Positions 37,416-48,800 are shown, counted from the first letter of the stretch. The stretch: DNA of 64,000 nucleotides from Phycisphaeraceae bacterium (GCA_040905565.1 JBBDRF010000092.1:96001-160000); one strand, 5' to 3'. Notes: generated by a model not told the origin, from the sequence alone. Program-made: numbers and translations.

Positions 37416-40370
37416 CTACTGAGGTTGTCGGAGAAAGCGGATGAGGTCTGCCATGTCCTGGAGGTTGATGGCGGCTTCGAGGCCTTCGGGCATGAGTGAA
37501 AGGTCGAGGCTGGTGAGTTGGGCGACGTCGCGGCGGAGGATGGTGTGCGCCTGGGCGTCGAGCGTCAGGAGGGTGATGCTGTTGGAGGTTTCGCCGGCGA
37601 GGATGCCCATGAGGACCTGCCCGTCGGCGAGGGTGAGGCTATAGGTGGCGTAGCGGGGATCGATGTTCTGGTTGGGATCCAGGATGGCGGCGAGGAGGCC
37701 TTGTGGTGATCGGTCGGTGAGGGAGAGCACGTTAGGGCCGATTTCGTGGCCGAGATCATCCACGCGATGGCAGGTCGCACAAGCCTGGGCGAATACTTCG
37801 CGGCCGTTTTCGGGATCGCCTTCGAGTTCCAGTGCGGCCTGGTAGGTGGCGAGGACCTGTGCACGGTCGGTTGCTTCGGATGAGGCGAAGAGTGTGCGGG
37901 CATGCTCCCGAACACGCTGGTCGTTGTGATTGGTCAACTGCTGCTGGCGTGCGGTGTCGATGTGGGATGCGGCGACGCGGCCGGCGTCGACTTCTTCGAG
38001 CAGTGCGAGGGTCCAGTCGGCTCGGGTGAGCAGCGTGTCCAAAGCTGCGGGGCGGACGGCCGGCAGGAGTGAGGCCCACTTGTTGAGTAGAAGCGGGGGA
38101 GTCTGGTCGTGGCCGATGCGGCGCAGCGCTGCCAACGCTGTTGTCTGGAGGTGCGTGGACGTGCGCGTGTTGATCAGAGCGATCAACGTTTCGTAATCGT
38201 CGGCGTGGTGACCGGGGCGGCGGCCGAGCACGTCGATGGCTGCGAGGCGGAAAGATTCCTCCGACTCAGTGTCGGCTGCAATGCCACGGGCTGTTTTGAG
38301 AAGGGGGGGGATCTGCTTGAGGCGTTGAGCGAGGGCGTCATCGGCGGCGGTGCGCAGCTGTTCAATGGATGAGCCGCGGCGGGCGAGGCTGTCCTGCCAC
38401 TGGGCGAGAACGCGAAGCTGATCGGCACCGGGGCCGTCGTCACGGGGGTTCACGACCGGCTCCAACAGCCTCGCGATGGCGTCGCGGTCGTTCTGGGCGA
38501 GGGCCATGGTGAGCAGATCGGTGGTGAGTGGCGAGAGCGTTGAGTCTGCTGCGTTGATGACGGCGTCTACGAGTGCGGCATGATGGGTGAGGGCTCCGGT
38601 CATGACCGCGGCCCGAAGCCAGTGGTTGTCGGCATCGGTCACGGCCATGTGCCCCAGGGCCTCGCCGGCCGACGCATGGTCCCATTGGCCGAGGGTGAGG
38701 GCTGCCTGGAGGCGGACGGTGGCATCCGGATCGTCAGCGAGTTGAGCGACGCGCTGGGTGCATGCGCGATCATCAGGATGGGCTGCGGCGAGCCTTACGG
38801 CGTGCCGGCGGACTGCGTGGTGATCATCCTGCAGGGCATGGGCGATGAGGGTGCTGGTGAGTTCACCCAAGCCGTCGAGGGTGCACAGCGCATGGAGTCG
38901 AGCGAGGGGATTGGTGTGCTCAGCGGCCATCTTTTTGAGCGGGGGCGTCGCGGCGTCATCGGCGTTCCAGATGAGCAACTGCTGCGCGCGCTGCCGCTGG
39001 GTGCCGTTGGGGCTGTCGAGGGCGGCGACGAGTTGGTGCGGATCGAGCTGGTCGAGCCGCGTGATCGGACGGGCTTCGGCGTTGTCGGGGACGACGCGAT
39101 AGATGCGGCCACGGTCGTGGCCGGTGCGGTAGTGCGGCCGGTAGCGCTGCTGCGCCTCGGGCGGCATCCATTGGGGATGTTCGATGAGGTAGCGATACAT
39201 GTCGACGATCCACAATGCGCCGTCGGGGCCGGTGCGAGCTTTGACGGGGCGGAACCATAGATCCTCGGCGGCCAGGAATTCGCTGTGTGTTTCATCGGCG
39301 TGGCGGTGGGCTGTGAAGGTTGGACCGTTCCGACGCAGCACCTGCCGATGGACGAGATTGTGCTGGGGCTCGCATGTGAGCACGTGAAGCTGGTCACGGG
39401 GAAAGAGCAGGCTGTCACGGTAGAGCGTGAGGCCACAAGCGGAGGTCAGCAGGCTGCCGCGATGGGGATGGTCGTAGTCGTGCATGAACTGGCTGCGCGG
39501 GTACACGGGCAGGTTGCGTGGCAGATCGAAGTGGTTTTTCGGATCGCCGAGCGCGATGTGGGGATTCCGGCGGAGGTGGAAGTCTTCGAGCACGTAGTGC
39601 CAGACGGGGTAGCTGTTGTGGACGCCGAACCAGTTGCCGTGATCGTCGGAGACGCGACCGAACTGGCTTTCGCCGCTGAGTGGTTGCATCTCGCCTGTGT
39701 CAGGATTGATGCGTAGGTCGCGTGCGCCGAGGGTGAGGGTTTCACCTGTGATTTCTGAGCGGATCTCGCCTCGCGTTGTCAGACCGTTGGCGAGGTAGAG
39801 CCAGTTGTCCAGTCCGTATTCGAGGCCGTTGACGCGTAGCTGCGTGTTGTCCTGAGCGAAGCCGGTGAAGAGTGTGCGGCGTTGGTCGGCCTTGCCGTCG
39901 CCGGTGGTGTCTTCGGCGTAGAAGATTTCGGAGCCGGCTGTGACGATGACGCCCTGGCGCCAGACGGCGATGCTTGTGGGAAACTTTTCGCCATCGAGAA
40001 AGGTGGTGGCGGTGTCGTAGGTGCCGTCGTTGTTGGTGTCCTGCAGGTAACGGATGCGGCCGCCTGGCGTGGATTCGCTGTCTTTCCCGACTTGGCCGCT
40101 ATCGTCGATGCCCAGGGGATAGTCGAGCATTTCGACGACCCAGAGGCGGCCGTCGGGGCCCCAGGCGATGTCCACAGGATCGCGCACCAACGGCTCGGCG
40201 GCGACGAGCTCGACGCGGTAGCCTTCGGTCAGGTGCATTGTCGCGAGGGACTGTTCGGGAGAGAGCGGCGGCGCATCGGCGGGGATGTCATCTTGCGCGG
40301 CGTAGGCAACGAGGGCCGAGAGGCTGACGAAAGCCACCGCGAGTCGGCACAAGAAGGTGGTCCTGATCAT
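37416..40370 (-). CDS. PVC-type membrane-bound dehydrogenase with HEAT repeats and CxxCH heme domain
   Basis: VELVAAEPLVRDPVDIAWGPDGRLWVVEM, YGLDNW, TSACG, WFRPV, GPDGALWIVDMYR, CATCH, IGPNV, SLMPEGLE; AAGGGAG RBS before ATG 40370. Confidence 0.92.
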   Translation of the reverse strand: MIRTTFLCRLAVAFVSLSALVAYAAQDDIPADAPPLSPEQSLATMHLTEGYRVELVAAEPLVRDPVDIAWGPDGRLWVVEMLDYPLGIDDSGQVGKDSESTPGGRIRYLQDTNNDGTYDTATTFLDGEKFPTSIAVWRQGVIVTAGSEIFYAEDTTGDGKADQRRTLFTGFAQDNTQLRVNGLEYGLDNWLYLANGLTTRGEIRSEITGETLTLGARDLRINPDTGEMQPLSGESQFGRVSDDHGNWFGVHNSYPVWHYVLEDFHLRRNPHIALGDPKNHFDLPRNLPVYPRSQFMHDYDHPHRGSLLTSACGLTLYRDSLLFPRDQLHVLTCEPQHNLVHRQVLRRNGPTFTAHRHADETHSEFLAAEDLWFRPVKARTGPDGALWIVDMYRYLIEHPQWMPPEAQQRYRPHYRTGHDRGRIYRVVPDNAEARPITRLDQLDPHQLVAALDSPNGTQRQRAQQLLIWNADDAATPPLKKMAAEHTNPLARLHALCTLDGLGELTSTLIAHALQDDHHAVRRHAVRLAAAHPDDRACTQRVAQLADDPDATVRLQAALTLGQWDHASAGEALGHMAVTDADNHWLRAAVMTGALTHHAALVDAVINAADSTLSPLTTDLLTMALAQNDRDAIARLLEPVVNPRDDGPGADQLRVLAQWQDSLARRGSSIEQLRTAADDALAQRLKQIPPLLKTARGIAADTESEESFRLAAIDVLGRRPGHHADDYETLIALINTRTSTHLQTTALAALRRIGHDQTPPLLLNKWASLLPAVRPAALDTLLTRADWTLALLEEVDAGRVAASHIDTARQQQLTNHNDQRVREHARTLFASSEATDRAQVLATYQAALELEGDPENGREVFAQACATCHRVDDLGHEIGPNVLSLTDRSPQGLLAAILDPNQNIDPRYATYSLTLADGQVLMGILAGETSNSITLLTLDAQAHTILRRDVAQLTSLDLSLMPEGLEAAINLQDMADLIRFLRQPQ

Positions 40371-40554
40371 GAAGTTGATCTCCCTTGAATGTCGCCCAAC
40401 GTGAGTCGGTGGCCGTGGCTGGACGCTGTTGCATCGCTGGATCCTGTCGCAGGCGGACTTTTGTATTGTACCGGAACCGTCGAGCATGACACGAGAAACC
40501 ATTGGCAGGGGCAGTTGGTCTCACTACACTCAATGCCTCATCAGGAGGCCATCG

Positions 40555-42750
40555 ATGAACGAGATGCTTAGGGGGATTGGGTGTGCGTGGCTCGTGGTGC
40601 TTGCCGTTGCGGCGACGGTTGGGGCGAGCGAGACATCGCAGGTTGTTCGCGTTCATGCGGGGGCGGCAATTGTCGACGTTACGCCGACGCATCTTCCTGC
40701 CATCATCAACGGTGGGTTTTTGCGGCGGACGGCTGAGACGGTGCGCGATCCGCTTCATGCGCGGGCGATTGTGATTGGTGGTGAGCGGCTGGAGAGGCGA
40801 ATTGCGATCGTGGTTGTGGACTCGTGTATGCTGCCGCGTGAGCTGCTCGATGAGGCGAAGGAACTCGCCGCTGAGCGCACGGGGATCGCCAGCGAACGCA
40901 TCCTGATCTCCGCAACGCATACGCATACGGCACCGGCGGCGATGGGGGCGCTGGGGTGTGAAGTTGATGCTGAGTACGCGCCGCTGTTGCCAGCACGCAT
41001 CGCCGAAGCGATCGAGCAGGCGAGCGAGCGGCTTGCGCCGGCTGAGATTGGTGTCGCGGTGGTGCGGGCAAAAGGTCACACGGCGAACCGTCGTTGGATT
41101 AATCGGCCGGGCGTCGTGCATGTGGATCCGTTCGGGGCGTCTACCGTGCGTGCGAACATGCACCCGGGTTCGCAGCCGCCGGATGCGGCCGGGCCATCGG
41201 GGCCGGTTGATGACGATCTGGCGATCCTGGCGATCCGTTCGGCTGATGATGACAAGCGGCCGATCGCGCTGCTCTCAAGCTATGCGATGCACTATTTCGG
41301 CAGCGGGGTTGCGCCCGTATCCGCGGATTATTTTGGACGATTCGCCGGGCACCTTGAGCGAGCGCTCGGTTCGGATGGTGGGGATGGCGAGCAACCTTTT
41401 GTCGCCCTCATGGCCAACGGGACGAGCGGTGACCTCTGGTGGAAGGATTACAGCAGGCCCGACTATGCCCGCGATGTTGACGAGTACGCGGGAACACTTG
41501 CGGAGCTTACTCAGCACGTGTACCGGAGCATGACCTTTGATCATGAGTTGCCGTTGGCGATGGCGGAGACGACGCTGGAGCTTGGCCGCCGAACACCAGA
41601 CGATGAGCGGCTGGCGTGGGCACGGAAGGTTGTTGAGGAGATGGAGGGGCGGCCGCCGGGGAATCAGCAGGAGGTGTACGCGACGGAGCAGATTTATCTT
41701 CATGAGAAGCCGAGGGCTGAGCTGAAGCTGCAGGCGGTGCGGATTGGGGATTTTGCGATCACGGCGATTCCCAATGAGGTTTACGCGCTGACGGGGATAA
41801 AGCTCAAGCATCACAGCCCGCTTGAGCGGGTGATGAACATCAGCCTTGCCAACGGATCGGAGGGGTACATTCCGCCGCCGGAGCAGCACGCGCTGGGCGG
41901 GTACAACACGTGGCCTGCGCGGACGGCGGCTTTGGAGGTGGATGCTGAGCCGAAGATCGTCGACGCTGTGCTCGGGCTTCTGGAGGAGGTGAGCGGGCAG
42001 CCGCGGCGGGAGTTTGTTGAGCGTGAGACGTTGTATGCTCGGCATGTGCTGGAGGCGGAGCCGTTGGCGTACTATCGGCTTGGGGAGTTGGAGGGGCCGC
42101 GAGCCTGGGATGCGACCGGTCATCACGAGGATGGTGCGTACGAACCGTTGGTGGTGTTCGGCCTGCCCGGCGTTGATGCGGCCGGGCTTGCGAATGGGGA
42201 CGGATTGCTCGACGTAAACCGCGCGCCCCATTTTGCCGGCGGCCGCGTGCGCGCTGATCTTAACGAACTCGGCGAACGCTACAGCGTCGAACTGTGGTTA
42301 TGGACGCGGGTCGCACATGACCTTTACCCCGTGAGCGGCTATCTGTTTTCACGCGGTCTTGACGGATCTGCCGAGGCAGAGGGCGATCACCTCGGCATTG
42401 GCGGCAATCACGGAGATCTCAACGGTCGGCTGTTTTTCTTCAACGGCGATGGCGCGGAGGAGATTGTCGCGGGGGAAACGGTCGTCGAGCCGGAAACGTG
42501 GCACCACGCGGTGCTGGTGCGGGATGGTGAGCGTGTGACGCTTTACCTTGACGGCAAGCGCGAGGCGGCGGGCGAAGCGGCGGTCACGCGTGCGCCGGAC
42601 GTGGGACAGATTTTCGTCGGTGGGCGTAACGATGGGTTCGCGCCGTTCGCTGGGAGGATTGATGAGGTTGCTGTGTACGCTCGGTTGCTCAGTGACGAGG
42701 AGGTTGCTGCGCGATATGAGGCGGCGATCAGGGCGAACGTGGAACGATGA
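40555..42750 (+). CDS. Neutral/alkaline ceramidase-like metallohydrolase with C-terminal LamG domain
   Basis: DPLHARAIV, ISATHTHTAP, YAMHY, SADYFG, LANG..GYIPP, GGY; LamG WHHAVLVR...GRIDEVAVY; AGGAGG RBS. Confidence 0.85.
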   Translation: MNEMLRGIGCAWLVVLAVAATVGASETSQVVRVHAGAAIVDVTPTHLPAIINGGFLRRTAETVRDPLHARAIVIGGERLERRIAIVVVDSCMLPRELLDEAKELAAERTGIASERILISATHTHTAPAAMGALGCEVDAEYAPLLPARIAEAIEQASERLAPAEIGVAVVRAKGHTANRRWINRPGVVHVDPFGASTVRANMHPGSQPPDAAGPSGPVDDDLAILAIRSADDDKRPIALLSSYAMHYFGSGVAPVSADYFGRFAGHLERALGSDGGDGEQPFVALMANGTSGDLWWKDYSRPDYARDVDEYAGTLAELTQHVYRSMTFDHELPLAMAETTLELGRRTPDDERLAWARKVVEEMEGRPPGNQQEVYATEQIYLHEKPRAELKLQAVRIGDFAITAIPNEVYALTGIKLKHHSPLERVMNISLANGSEGYIPPPEQHALGGYNTWPARTAALEVDAEPKIVDAVLGLLEEVSGQPRREFVERETLYARHVLEAEPLAYYRLGELEGPRAWDATGHHEDGAYEPLVVFGLPGVDAAGLANGDGLLDVNRAPHFAGGRVRADLNELGERYSVELWLWTRVAHDLYPVSGYLFSRGLDGSAEAEGDHLGIGGNHGDLNGRLFFFNGDGAEEIVAGETVVEPETWHHAVLVRDGERVTLYLDGKREAAGEAAVTRAPDVGQIFVGGRNDGFAPFAGRIDEVAVYARLLSDEEVAARYEAAIRANVER

Positions 42751-42794
42751 AGTATTTGCCGGCTAACAGGCTGTCCGGAACAGGAGTAGGGAAA

Positions 42795-44213
42795 ATGTTT
42801 GATCGGATGATCGGTCGCTTTTCGGGCGTGGTGGTTTCTGGGTTGGCCGTGGCGATGGTGGGATGGCTCGGGGCTGCGGAGGTGTGCGCGGCAGCGGGTG
42901 AAGGGTGGGGCGAGGTGGGGGTGGCAGAGGTGGAGATCACGCCGGAGTCTGCGGTGCGGCTCAACGGATACGGCAATCGGCGGAAGGAAACCAGCGAGGT
43001 GGTGCAGCCGATTTACGCCAAAGCGCTCGCGTTCGGTGCTGACGATGATCCTGGTGGTCCGTCGGTTCTGGTGACGGCTGATCAGTGCATTGTGCCGGCC
43101 GCTGTGACGCAAGCCATTGCCGAGCGGCTGGAGGAGGAGGCGGGGATTCCGCGGGAGCGGTTTGTGCTGAGCGTCTCGCATTCGCATACGACGCCGATGC
43201 TGACGGGGGCTTCGCCGACCATCTTCGGCCAGCCGATTCCTGCGCCTCACCAGGTGAACATCGACCGTTACACCGATTTCTTCATTGAGCGATGCGTTGA
43301 GGTGGCGCAGGCGGCATTGGCCGACCGCGAGCCGGCGGAGGTTTCGCTGGCGCGTGGCTCAGTGGGTTTCGCGCTGAACCGTCGGTCGCTGCGTGGTGAT
43401 CCGCACGGGCCGAACGATCATGAGTTGCCGACGCTGATCGTGAAGAACGAGGAAGGGGACCTGCGGGCGGTGTACGTGATGTATGCCTGCCACTGCACGG
43501 TTGTCAACGATAATGTTATCACCGGCGACTGGGCGGGCTATACCCAGGAGTTCATTCAGAAGAATCATCCCGAGGCGATCGCATTGGTCAGCATCGGCTG
43601 TGGTGCGGACCAGAATCCCTATCGGGACGGGCCAAGGCTGCAGATGGCTGAGTCGCATGGTCGAGAGATTGCCGACGAGGTGAGTCGCCTGCTGCGCGGC
43701 CCCTGGCGACCGATCGAGCCGAGGGTGACGACGGCGGCGTACCGGGAAATATCATTGGCGTTTGCTGATCACCCGGATCGTGCGGAATGGCAGCGTCGGT
43801 CCGGCGGGTCGAGCTACCCCGCGTACCATGCGCAACGCAACCTCGAACGTCTCGATCGCGGCGAACCGCTGCCGACTCATTTGGACTATCCGATCCAGAC
43901 GTGGCAGCTGGGCGAAGGCGATCTGGCGATGGTGTTTCTGGCCGGCGAGGTGGTTGTCGACTACGCACTGCGCCTTAAGCGCGAACTGGATGCGGACCGG
44001 CTCTGGGTTACTGCTTATGCCAACGACGTGTCCTGCTATATTCCCTCTGAGCGTGTGCTGCGGGAGGGCGGATATGAGGGGGCTGGCGCGATGGCTGTTT
44101 ACGATCAGCCCGCACCGTTTGCGCCAGGGCTGGAGGATCAGATCGTTGGCGAAGTGCGCGAGCAGCTGAGCGAGACGTTTGAAACGCAGCTCGGCGTCGA
44201 TGCGACACGGTAA
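42795..44213 (+). CDS. Neutral/alkaline ceramidase-like metallohydrolase
   Basis: ITPESAVRLNGYGNR, SHSHTTP, YACHCT, GDWAG, IGCGADQNP, GEVVVDY, YIPSERV..EGGYE. Confidence 0.85.
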   Translation: MFDRMIGRFSGVVVSGLAVAMVGWLGAAEVCAAAGEGWGEVGVAEVEITPESAVRLNGYGNRRKETSEVVQPIYAKALAFGADDDPGGPSVLVTADQCIVPAAVTQAIAERLEEEAGIPRERFVLSVSHSHTTPMLTGASPTIFGQPIPAPHQVNIDRYTDFFIERCVEVAQAALADREPAEVSLARGSVGFALNRRSLRGDPHGPNDHELPTLIVKNEEGDLRAVYVMYACHCTVVNDNVITGDWAGYTQEFIQKNHPEAIALVSIGCGADQNPYRDGPRLQMAESHGREIADEVSRLLRGPWRPIEPRVTTAAYREISLAFADHPDRAEWQRRSGGSSYPAYHAQRNLERLDRGEPLPTHLDYPIQTWQLGEGDLAMVFLAGEVVVDYALRLKRELDADRLWVTAYANDVSCYIPSERVLREGGYEGAGAMAVYDQPAPFAPGLEDQIVGEVREQLSETFETQLGVDATR

Positions 44214-44275
44214 CCTCGAAGCCTTGAGACGGACGGCGAGAGGCGGGGTCTACCAGCCTCGTTTGTTTTTGGAGA

Positions 44276-46789
44276 GTGTGCATGCATCATGTGAAACGGT
44301 GGGCCTTGGTTGTTGTGCTGGTGGGCCTCATCGCACCGGCTGTGGGGCAGCGCGGCGACCGCGATCCGGTCGACGAAAGCGAGCCGCTTGAGTCGTGGGA
44401 TATTCCAGAATCGCCGGTACGCACGGCGGAGGAGACGATGGCGACGTTCGAGTTGCCGCCGGGGTTTCGTGTTGAGTTGGTCGCCGCTGAGCCGTTGCTG
44501 CACGATCCGATTGCGATAGATTTCGGCCTTGATGGCCGACTGTGGGTCGTGGAGTTACCGTCGTACAACTGGGATTATCGTGAGCACTTGCCGGGCTATG
44601 AATCGGAGCCACCGCCGCCGGGCCGTGTGGTCGTGCTCGAGGATACGAACGGCGACGGGCAGATGGATCAGCGTACGGTTTTCCTTGATGACCTGGAGAA
44701 TCCGCGTTCTGTGACTCTGGTTGGGGACGGCGTGCTAGTGACGGATTCGCCTCGGGTCTACTACTGCCGTGACACGACGGGGGACGGCAAGGCCGATGAG
44801 AAGACGGTGGTTCTCGAGGATTTTGGTCAGAACGCCAATCCCCATGCGAGCCCGAACCTGCTCTTTCGCGCAATGGACAACTGGCACTACGGCGTGGCGT
44901 GGCCGGCCCGGCTGCGGTGGGTCGATGGCCGCTTCGAACGTGATGAGCCCATCGTGCCGCGCGGCCAATGGGGGATGACGCAGGACAACTTTGGCAGGCT
45001 CTACTACGGCCGCAACACCGATCCCGCGCGCGGCGATGTGATGCCGCCTGCTTACTGGCGGGCGAATCCGAACCACGGCGAGCCGGCGGGGATCAACGTC
45101 CGCTTCGGCCATGATCTGACGGTGTGGCCTCATGACGTTACGCCTGGTGTGAATCGGCGCAACCATCTTCGCGACGACGGGACGTTGAGATCGTTCACCG
45201 CCAACGCTGGGCTGAACCTCTACCGGGGCGACCAGTTTCCGAAAGATTTTTACGGTGACCTTTTCGTTCCCGAGCCTGCCGCCAATTTGATCCGACGCTA
45301 TCGCCTCAGCGAGCGCGACGGTGAGATCACTGCTGAGAATGCTTACGATCAGCGTGAGTTCCTGTTCTCGCATGACGAGCGGTTTCGCCCGGTCAGCCTC
45401 AGCACCGCCCCGGACGGTTCGATCTACGTCGTTGATATGTACCGGGGCATTATTGAGGGGCATCTGTTCATCACGACGTTCCTGCGGAACCAGATTGTCG
45501 ACCGCGATCTGCATCAGCCCTTTGAGGGCCTTGGCCGCATATACCGCATTGTTCATGAAGAGGGGCCGGCGAACACAGCTGTTCCGCCCATGCACGAACA
45601 GGACGCGAGCGAACTCGTCGCTCATCTCAACCATCCCAACGGCTGGTGGCGTGATACCGCACAGCGTGTGCTCGTTGAACGACGGGACGAAGGGGCGGTT
45701 CCGGCTTTGAGGCAGTTGGCTGGACATGCCGATCAGCCGGCGACGCGGGTTCAGGCACTGTGGACGCTTGAGGGGATCGACGCCCTTGCCGCGGGCACGG
45801 TGAAGCGGGCCCTGGCGGATGAGTCGCATCATGTTCGGATGGCTGGGCTGCGGCTGTCTGCTGATTTTCTTGACGATGCTGCGACGCGCGATGCGGTTGT
45901 GGCACTGGCTGACGATGAGCGTATTGAAGTGCGGCGGCTGGTGCTGCTGGCGCTCGGCGAGAGCGGGGATGAGCGGGCGGAAAGGGTGATGGCGGAGGTG
46001 CTTCATGGTGACCTTGAGCGTCCGTTCGTGATTGATGCAGCGATGAGCGGACTCGCCGGCCGTGAGCTTAGGTTCCTCCATCGGCTCAGCACCGACGACG
46101 TCTGGAAGGAACAGACCCCCGCACGGTCGCGGCTTTTCCAGGTGCTGGCGGCTGCGGTTGTGCGCGAAGGCGACGGTGAACGAATCGTTCGCCTGCTGAG
46201 CCTGGCGGGTGACAGTAGCGGCCGGCCGGTATGGATGCGTGAGGCTCTGCTGGATGGCGTGATGGTCGGGGCTGAGAAACAGCTGGCGGTGGAGCCGGAA
46301 GCGTTCGGGCCAGCCCTGAGTTCTCAGGCTGAGGGCATTCGTGAGCGGGCGTTGCGCATCATGAACGAGAGACTTGGCGAAGAAATGATGCAGCCTGAGC
46401 CGACCGAAGGGCTCAGCAAGGAGGACCTGCAACGCCTGGAGATCGGTCGCGCGCACTACGCCATCTGCTCTGCCTGTCACGGTCCGCAGGGGCAGGGCAT
46501 CGCCGATGTGGCGCCCTCGCTTGCGGATTCTGAGCGGGTTGCCGGCAGCGACCAGGCCCTGGCACGGATTGTCCTGCACGGCCTGGAGAGCAATGCTGAC
46601 TATCCCGCCATGACGCCTCTGCCCGGGCTCGATGACGAGAGCATCGCAGCGGTCCTCACCTACCTGCGTCGGTCATGGGGTCACCGCGCCGGCCCTGTTG
46701 ATCCCGCCAGCATTAAAGAGGTGCGCAAGCAGACGAGAGATCGTCACGCCCCTTGGACAGGGGAAGAGCTTGACGCGTTCCGCGAGTAG
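44276..46789 (+). CDS. PVC-type dehydrogenase with HEAT repeats and cytochrome c
   Basis: FELPPGFRVELVAAEP, AMDNW, GQWG, DERFRPV, VDMYRGII, NGWWRDTAQR, CSACHG. Confidence 0.9.
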   Translation: MCMHHVKRWALVVVLVGLIAPAVGQRGDRDPVDESEPLESWDIPESPVRTAEETMATFELPPGFRVELVAAEPLLHDPIAIDFGLDGRLWVVELPSYNWDYREHLPGYESEPPPPGRVVVLEDTNGDGQMDQRTVFLDDLENPRSVTLVGDGVLVTDSPRVYYCRDTTGDGKADEKTVVLEDFGQNANPHASPNLLFRAMDNWHYGVAWPARLRWVDGRFERDEPIVPRGQWGMTQDNFGRLYYGRNTDPARGDVMPPAYWRANPNHGEPAGINVRFGHDLTVWPHDVTPGVNRRNHLRDDGTLRSFTANAGLNLYRGDQFPKDFYGDLFVPEPAANLIRRYRLSERDGEITAENAYDQREFLFSHDERFRPVSLSTAPDGSIYVVDMYRGIIEGHLFITTFLRNQIVDRDLHQPFEGLGRIYRIVHEEGPANTAVPPMHEQDASELVAHLNHPNGWWRDTAQRVLVERRDEGAVPALRQLAGHADQPATRVQALWTLEGIDALAAGTVKRALADESHHVRMAGLRLSADFLDDAATRDAVVALADDERIEVRRLVLLALGESGDERAERVMAEVLHGDLERPFVIDAAMSGLAGRELRFLHRLSTDDVWKEQTPARSRLFQVLAAAVVREGDGERIVRLLSLAGDSSGRPVWMREALLDGVMVGAEKQLAVEPEAFGPALSSQAEGIRERALRIMNERLGEEMMQPEPTEGLSKEDLQRLEIGRAHYAICSACHGPQGQGIADVAPSLADSERVAGSDQALARIVLHGLESNADYPAMTPLPGLDDESIAAVLTYLRRSWGHRAGPVDPASIKEVRKQTRDRHAPWTGEELDAFRE

Positions 46790-46916
46790 CGACGCGTCGG
46801 TCACGCATCAGTGTCGGCCGAGTTGGTGCGACCTGAGGTGGGAACATGCAACAGCGAAGTTTGTAGAGTGAAAACTGCGTCTGAGGAATCACGTCATCGG
46901 ATTTGGAGCACGTGCT

Positions 46917-48758
46917 ATGCATAGCTGGCGTCGAGGATATGTGGTGGTGGCGGCTCTCGCTTTGATGCTCGGCCTTGCCTGCGAGGCGTGGGCCGGCGAA
47001 GCCGTATCGAAAGTCGGCGTAGCGCGGGCAGACATTACGCCCCAGGGCCCTATCCGGCTAACCGGCTACGGCAACCGAACCGAGGAAGCGACCGAGGTTC
47101 TTCAGCCGCTGCAGGCCAAAGCGCTGGCGATCGAGACAGCCGACGGCACGCTTTCAATCCTGATGACGGTGGACCTGCTCGGCGTGTCGCGGGAACTGAC
47201 CGAAGCACTCGCCGATCGCCTGAAAGATCGTGTGGGCCTGCAACGTGAGCACCTCGCGATCTGCGCCACGCACACGCACACCGGTCCGATGATCACCGAC
47301 GTAGCTCCCGCCATTTTCGGCGGGCCACTACCCGATGATCAGCAGCAGCGTGTGGATGCCTACACCCGGGACTTGCTGGACAAACTCGAAACACTGGCGC
47401 TGGATGCGATCGAAGATCGGCGGGAGGCCCGGCTGGCGTGGGGCCAGGGCAGCGTGGACTTCGCCGTGAATCGACGGCATATCGTCGACGGTCGCTGGGC
47501 CGGGTGGACCGCGATTCCAAACGTCTACGTCGATCACGACATGCCCCTCCTCGCGGTGAAAAACCCTGACGGAACACTGCGAGCCGTGCTGGTGAATTAT
47601 GCGTGCCACTGCACAACCCTCGTCGGTGCCCACAACGACATCCACGGCGACTGGGCCGGTGAAGCCGCCGCACGCATCGAAGCCAGCCACGAAGGCGTCG
47701 TTGCGATGATCGCCATCGGGTGCGGTGCCGACGCCAACCCCGAGCCTCGCGGCTCGCTCGAGCACGTCGCACTGCACGGCCAAACCATCGCCGACGAGGT
47801 TGAACGCGTGCTCTCGGACGGCCTCACGCCGCTCGAACAGGGGCCGCACGCCAAGCTGCGACGCGTGGATCTGCCGTTCGCGCCGATCACCCACGAGGAG
47901 CTTGAGCAGCGCAGCCGCGGCGGTCATTTCGCCTACTCCGCCTCCCTGTTTCTCGAGCAGGCCGAACGCGGCGAGCCGGTGCCCACGTCGCTCTCCTACC
48001 CAATCCAACTCTGGCAGTTCGGTGACGATCTGGCCATGTTCTTCCTCGCTGGCGAGGTGGTCGCCGACTACGCCATCCGCATGAAGGCCGAGCTCGATGG
48101 CAGCCGCGTCTGGATGAACGCCTACGTCAACGAATCCCCTAGCTACATCGTCTCGCAACGCATCATCGCCGAGGGCGGCTACGAGGTCGACGACTCCATG
48201 GCCTACTACCACCAGCCCAACCGCTATCAACCGGTGATCGAGCAGATGATCGTGGAGGCGATGCGGGAAATGGTGGACGAGGCCTTCGAACGCCGCTGGC
48301 AAGATGCCCAGCCGGCAGAGTTGAAGCCTGGCAATCAGCCGCGTCTCGTCACGGCCGATGATCAGCGGGAGCTGCGACTGCACGCGGAGGTCGGCACCCC
48401 GTACGGGCCGCGCATCGAGTACATGCCCGAGCAGCAGTGGCAGGCGTTCGGCTGGTGGACTGATCAGGACTACGTGGCGTGGGATATTCAGGTGGATCAG
48501 CCGGGTGAGTACAAGGTGCACAAGACATGGTCGGTCGCCGACGATTCAGCGCAGCGGCCCTACCTGCTGGAGATCGGCGACCAACGGCTGCGCGACTACG
48601 TCCGCCGAACGGGCAGCTGGGAAATTTTCGAGACGCGGCAGGTTGGCACCGTCCACCTCGAGGAAGGCCGGCATCGCTTGAAGGTCAAGCCCGCCGGCGC
48701 GTTCGGTCATGGTGGGCTCATGGACCTGCGCGAGATCCGCCTCGTGCCGGTGGACTGA
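46917..48758 (+). CDS. Ceramidase-like metallohydrolase with C-terminal carbohydrate-binding-like beta-sandwich
   Basis: ITPQGPIRLTGYGNR, ATHTHTGP, YACHCT, IGCGADANP, GEVVADY, EGGYE; tail GWW..QDYVAW...RTGSWEIF. Confidence 0.85.
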   Translation: MHSWRRGYVVVAALALMLGLACEAWAGEAVSKVGVARADITPQGPIRLTGYGNRTEEATEVLQPLQAKALAIETADGTLSILMTVDLLGVSRELTEALADRLKDRVGLQREHLAICATHTHTGPMITDVAPAIFGGPLPDDQQQRVDAYTRDLLDKLETLALDAIEDRREARLAWGQGSVDFAVNRRHIVDGRWAGWTAIPNVYVDHDMPLLAVKNPDGTLRAVLVNYACHCTTLVGAHNDIHGDWAGEAAARIEASHEGVVAMIAIGCGADANPEPRGSLEHVALHGQTIADEVERVLSDGLTPLEQGPHAKLRRVDLPFAPITHEELEQRSRGGHFAYSASLFLEQAERGEPVPTSLSYPIQLWQFGDDLAMFFLAGEVVADYAIRMKAELDGSRVWMNAYVNESPSYIVSQRIIAEGGYEVDDSMAYYHQPNRYQPVIEQMIVEAMREMVDEAFERRWQDAQPAELKPGNQPRLVTADDQRELRLHAEVGTPYGPRIEYMPEQQWQAFGWWTDQDYVAWDIQVDQPGEYKVHKTWSVADDSAQRPYLLEIGDQRLRDYVRRTGSWEIFETRQVGTVHLEEGRHRLKVKPAGAFGHGGLMDLREIRLVPVD

Positions 48759-48800
48759 GAAATTCAAACCCTCACTACGAACAACTCAGGGGGCTGCCGC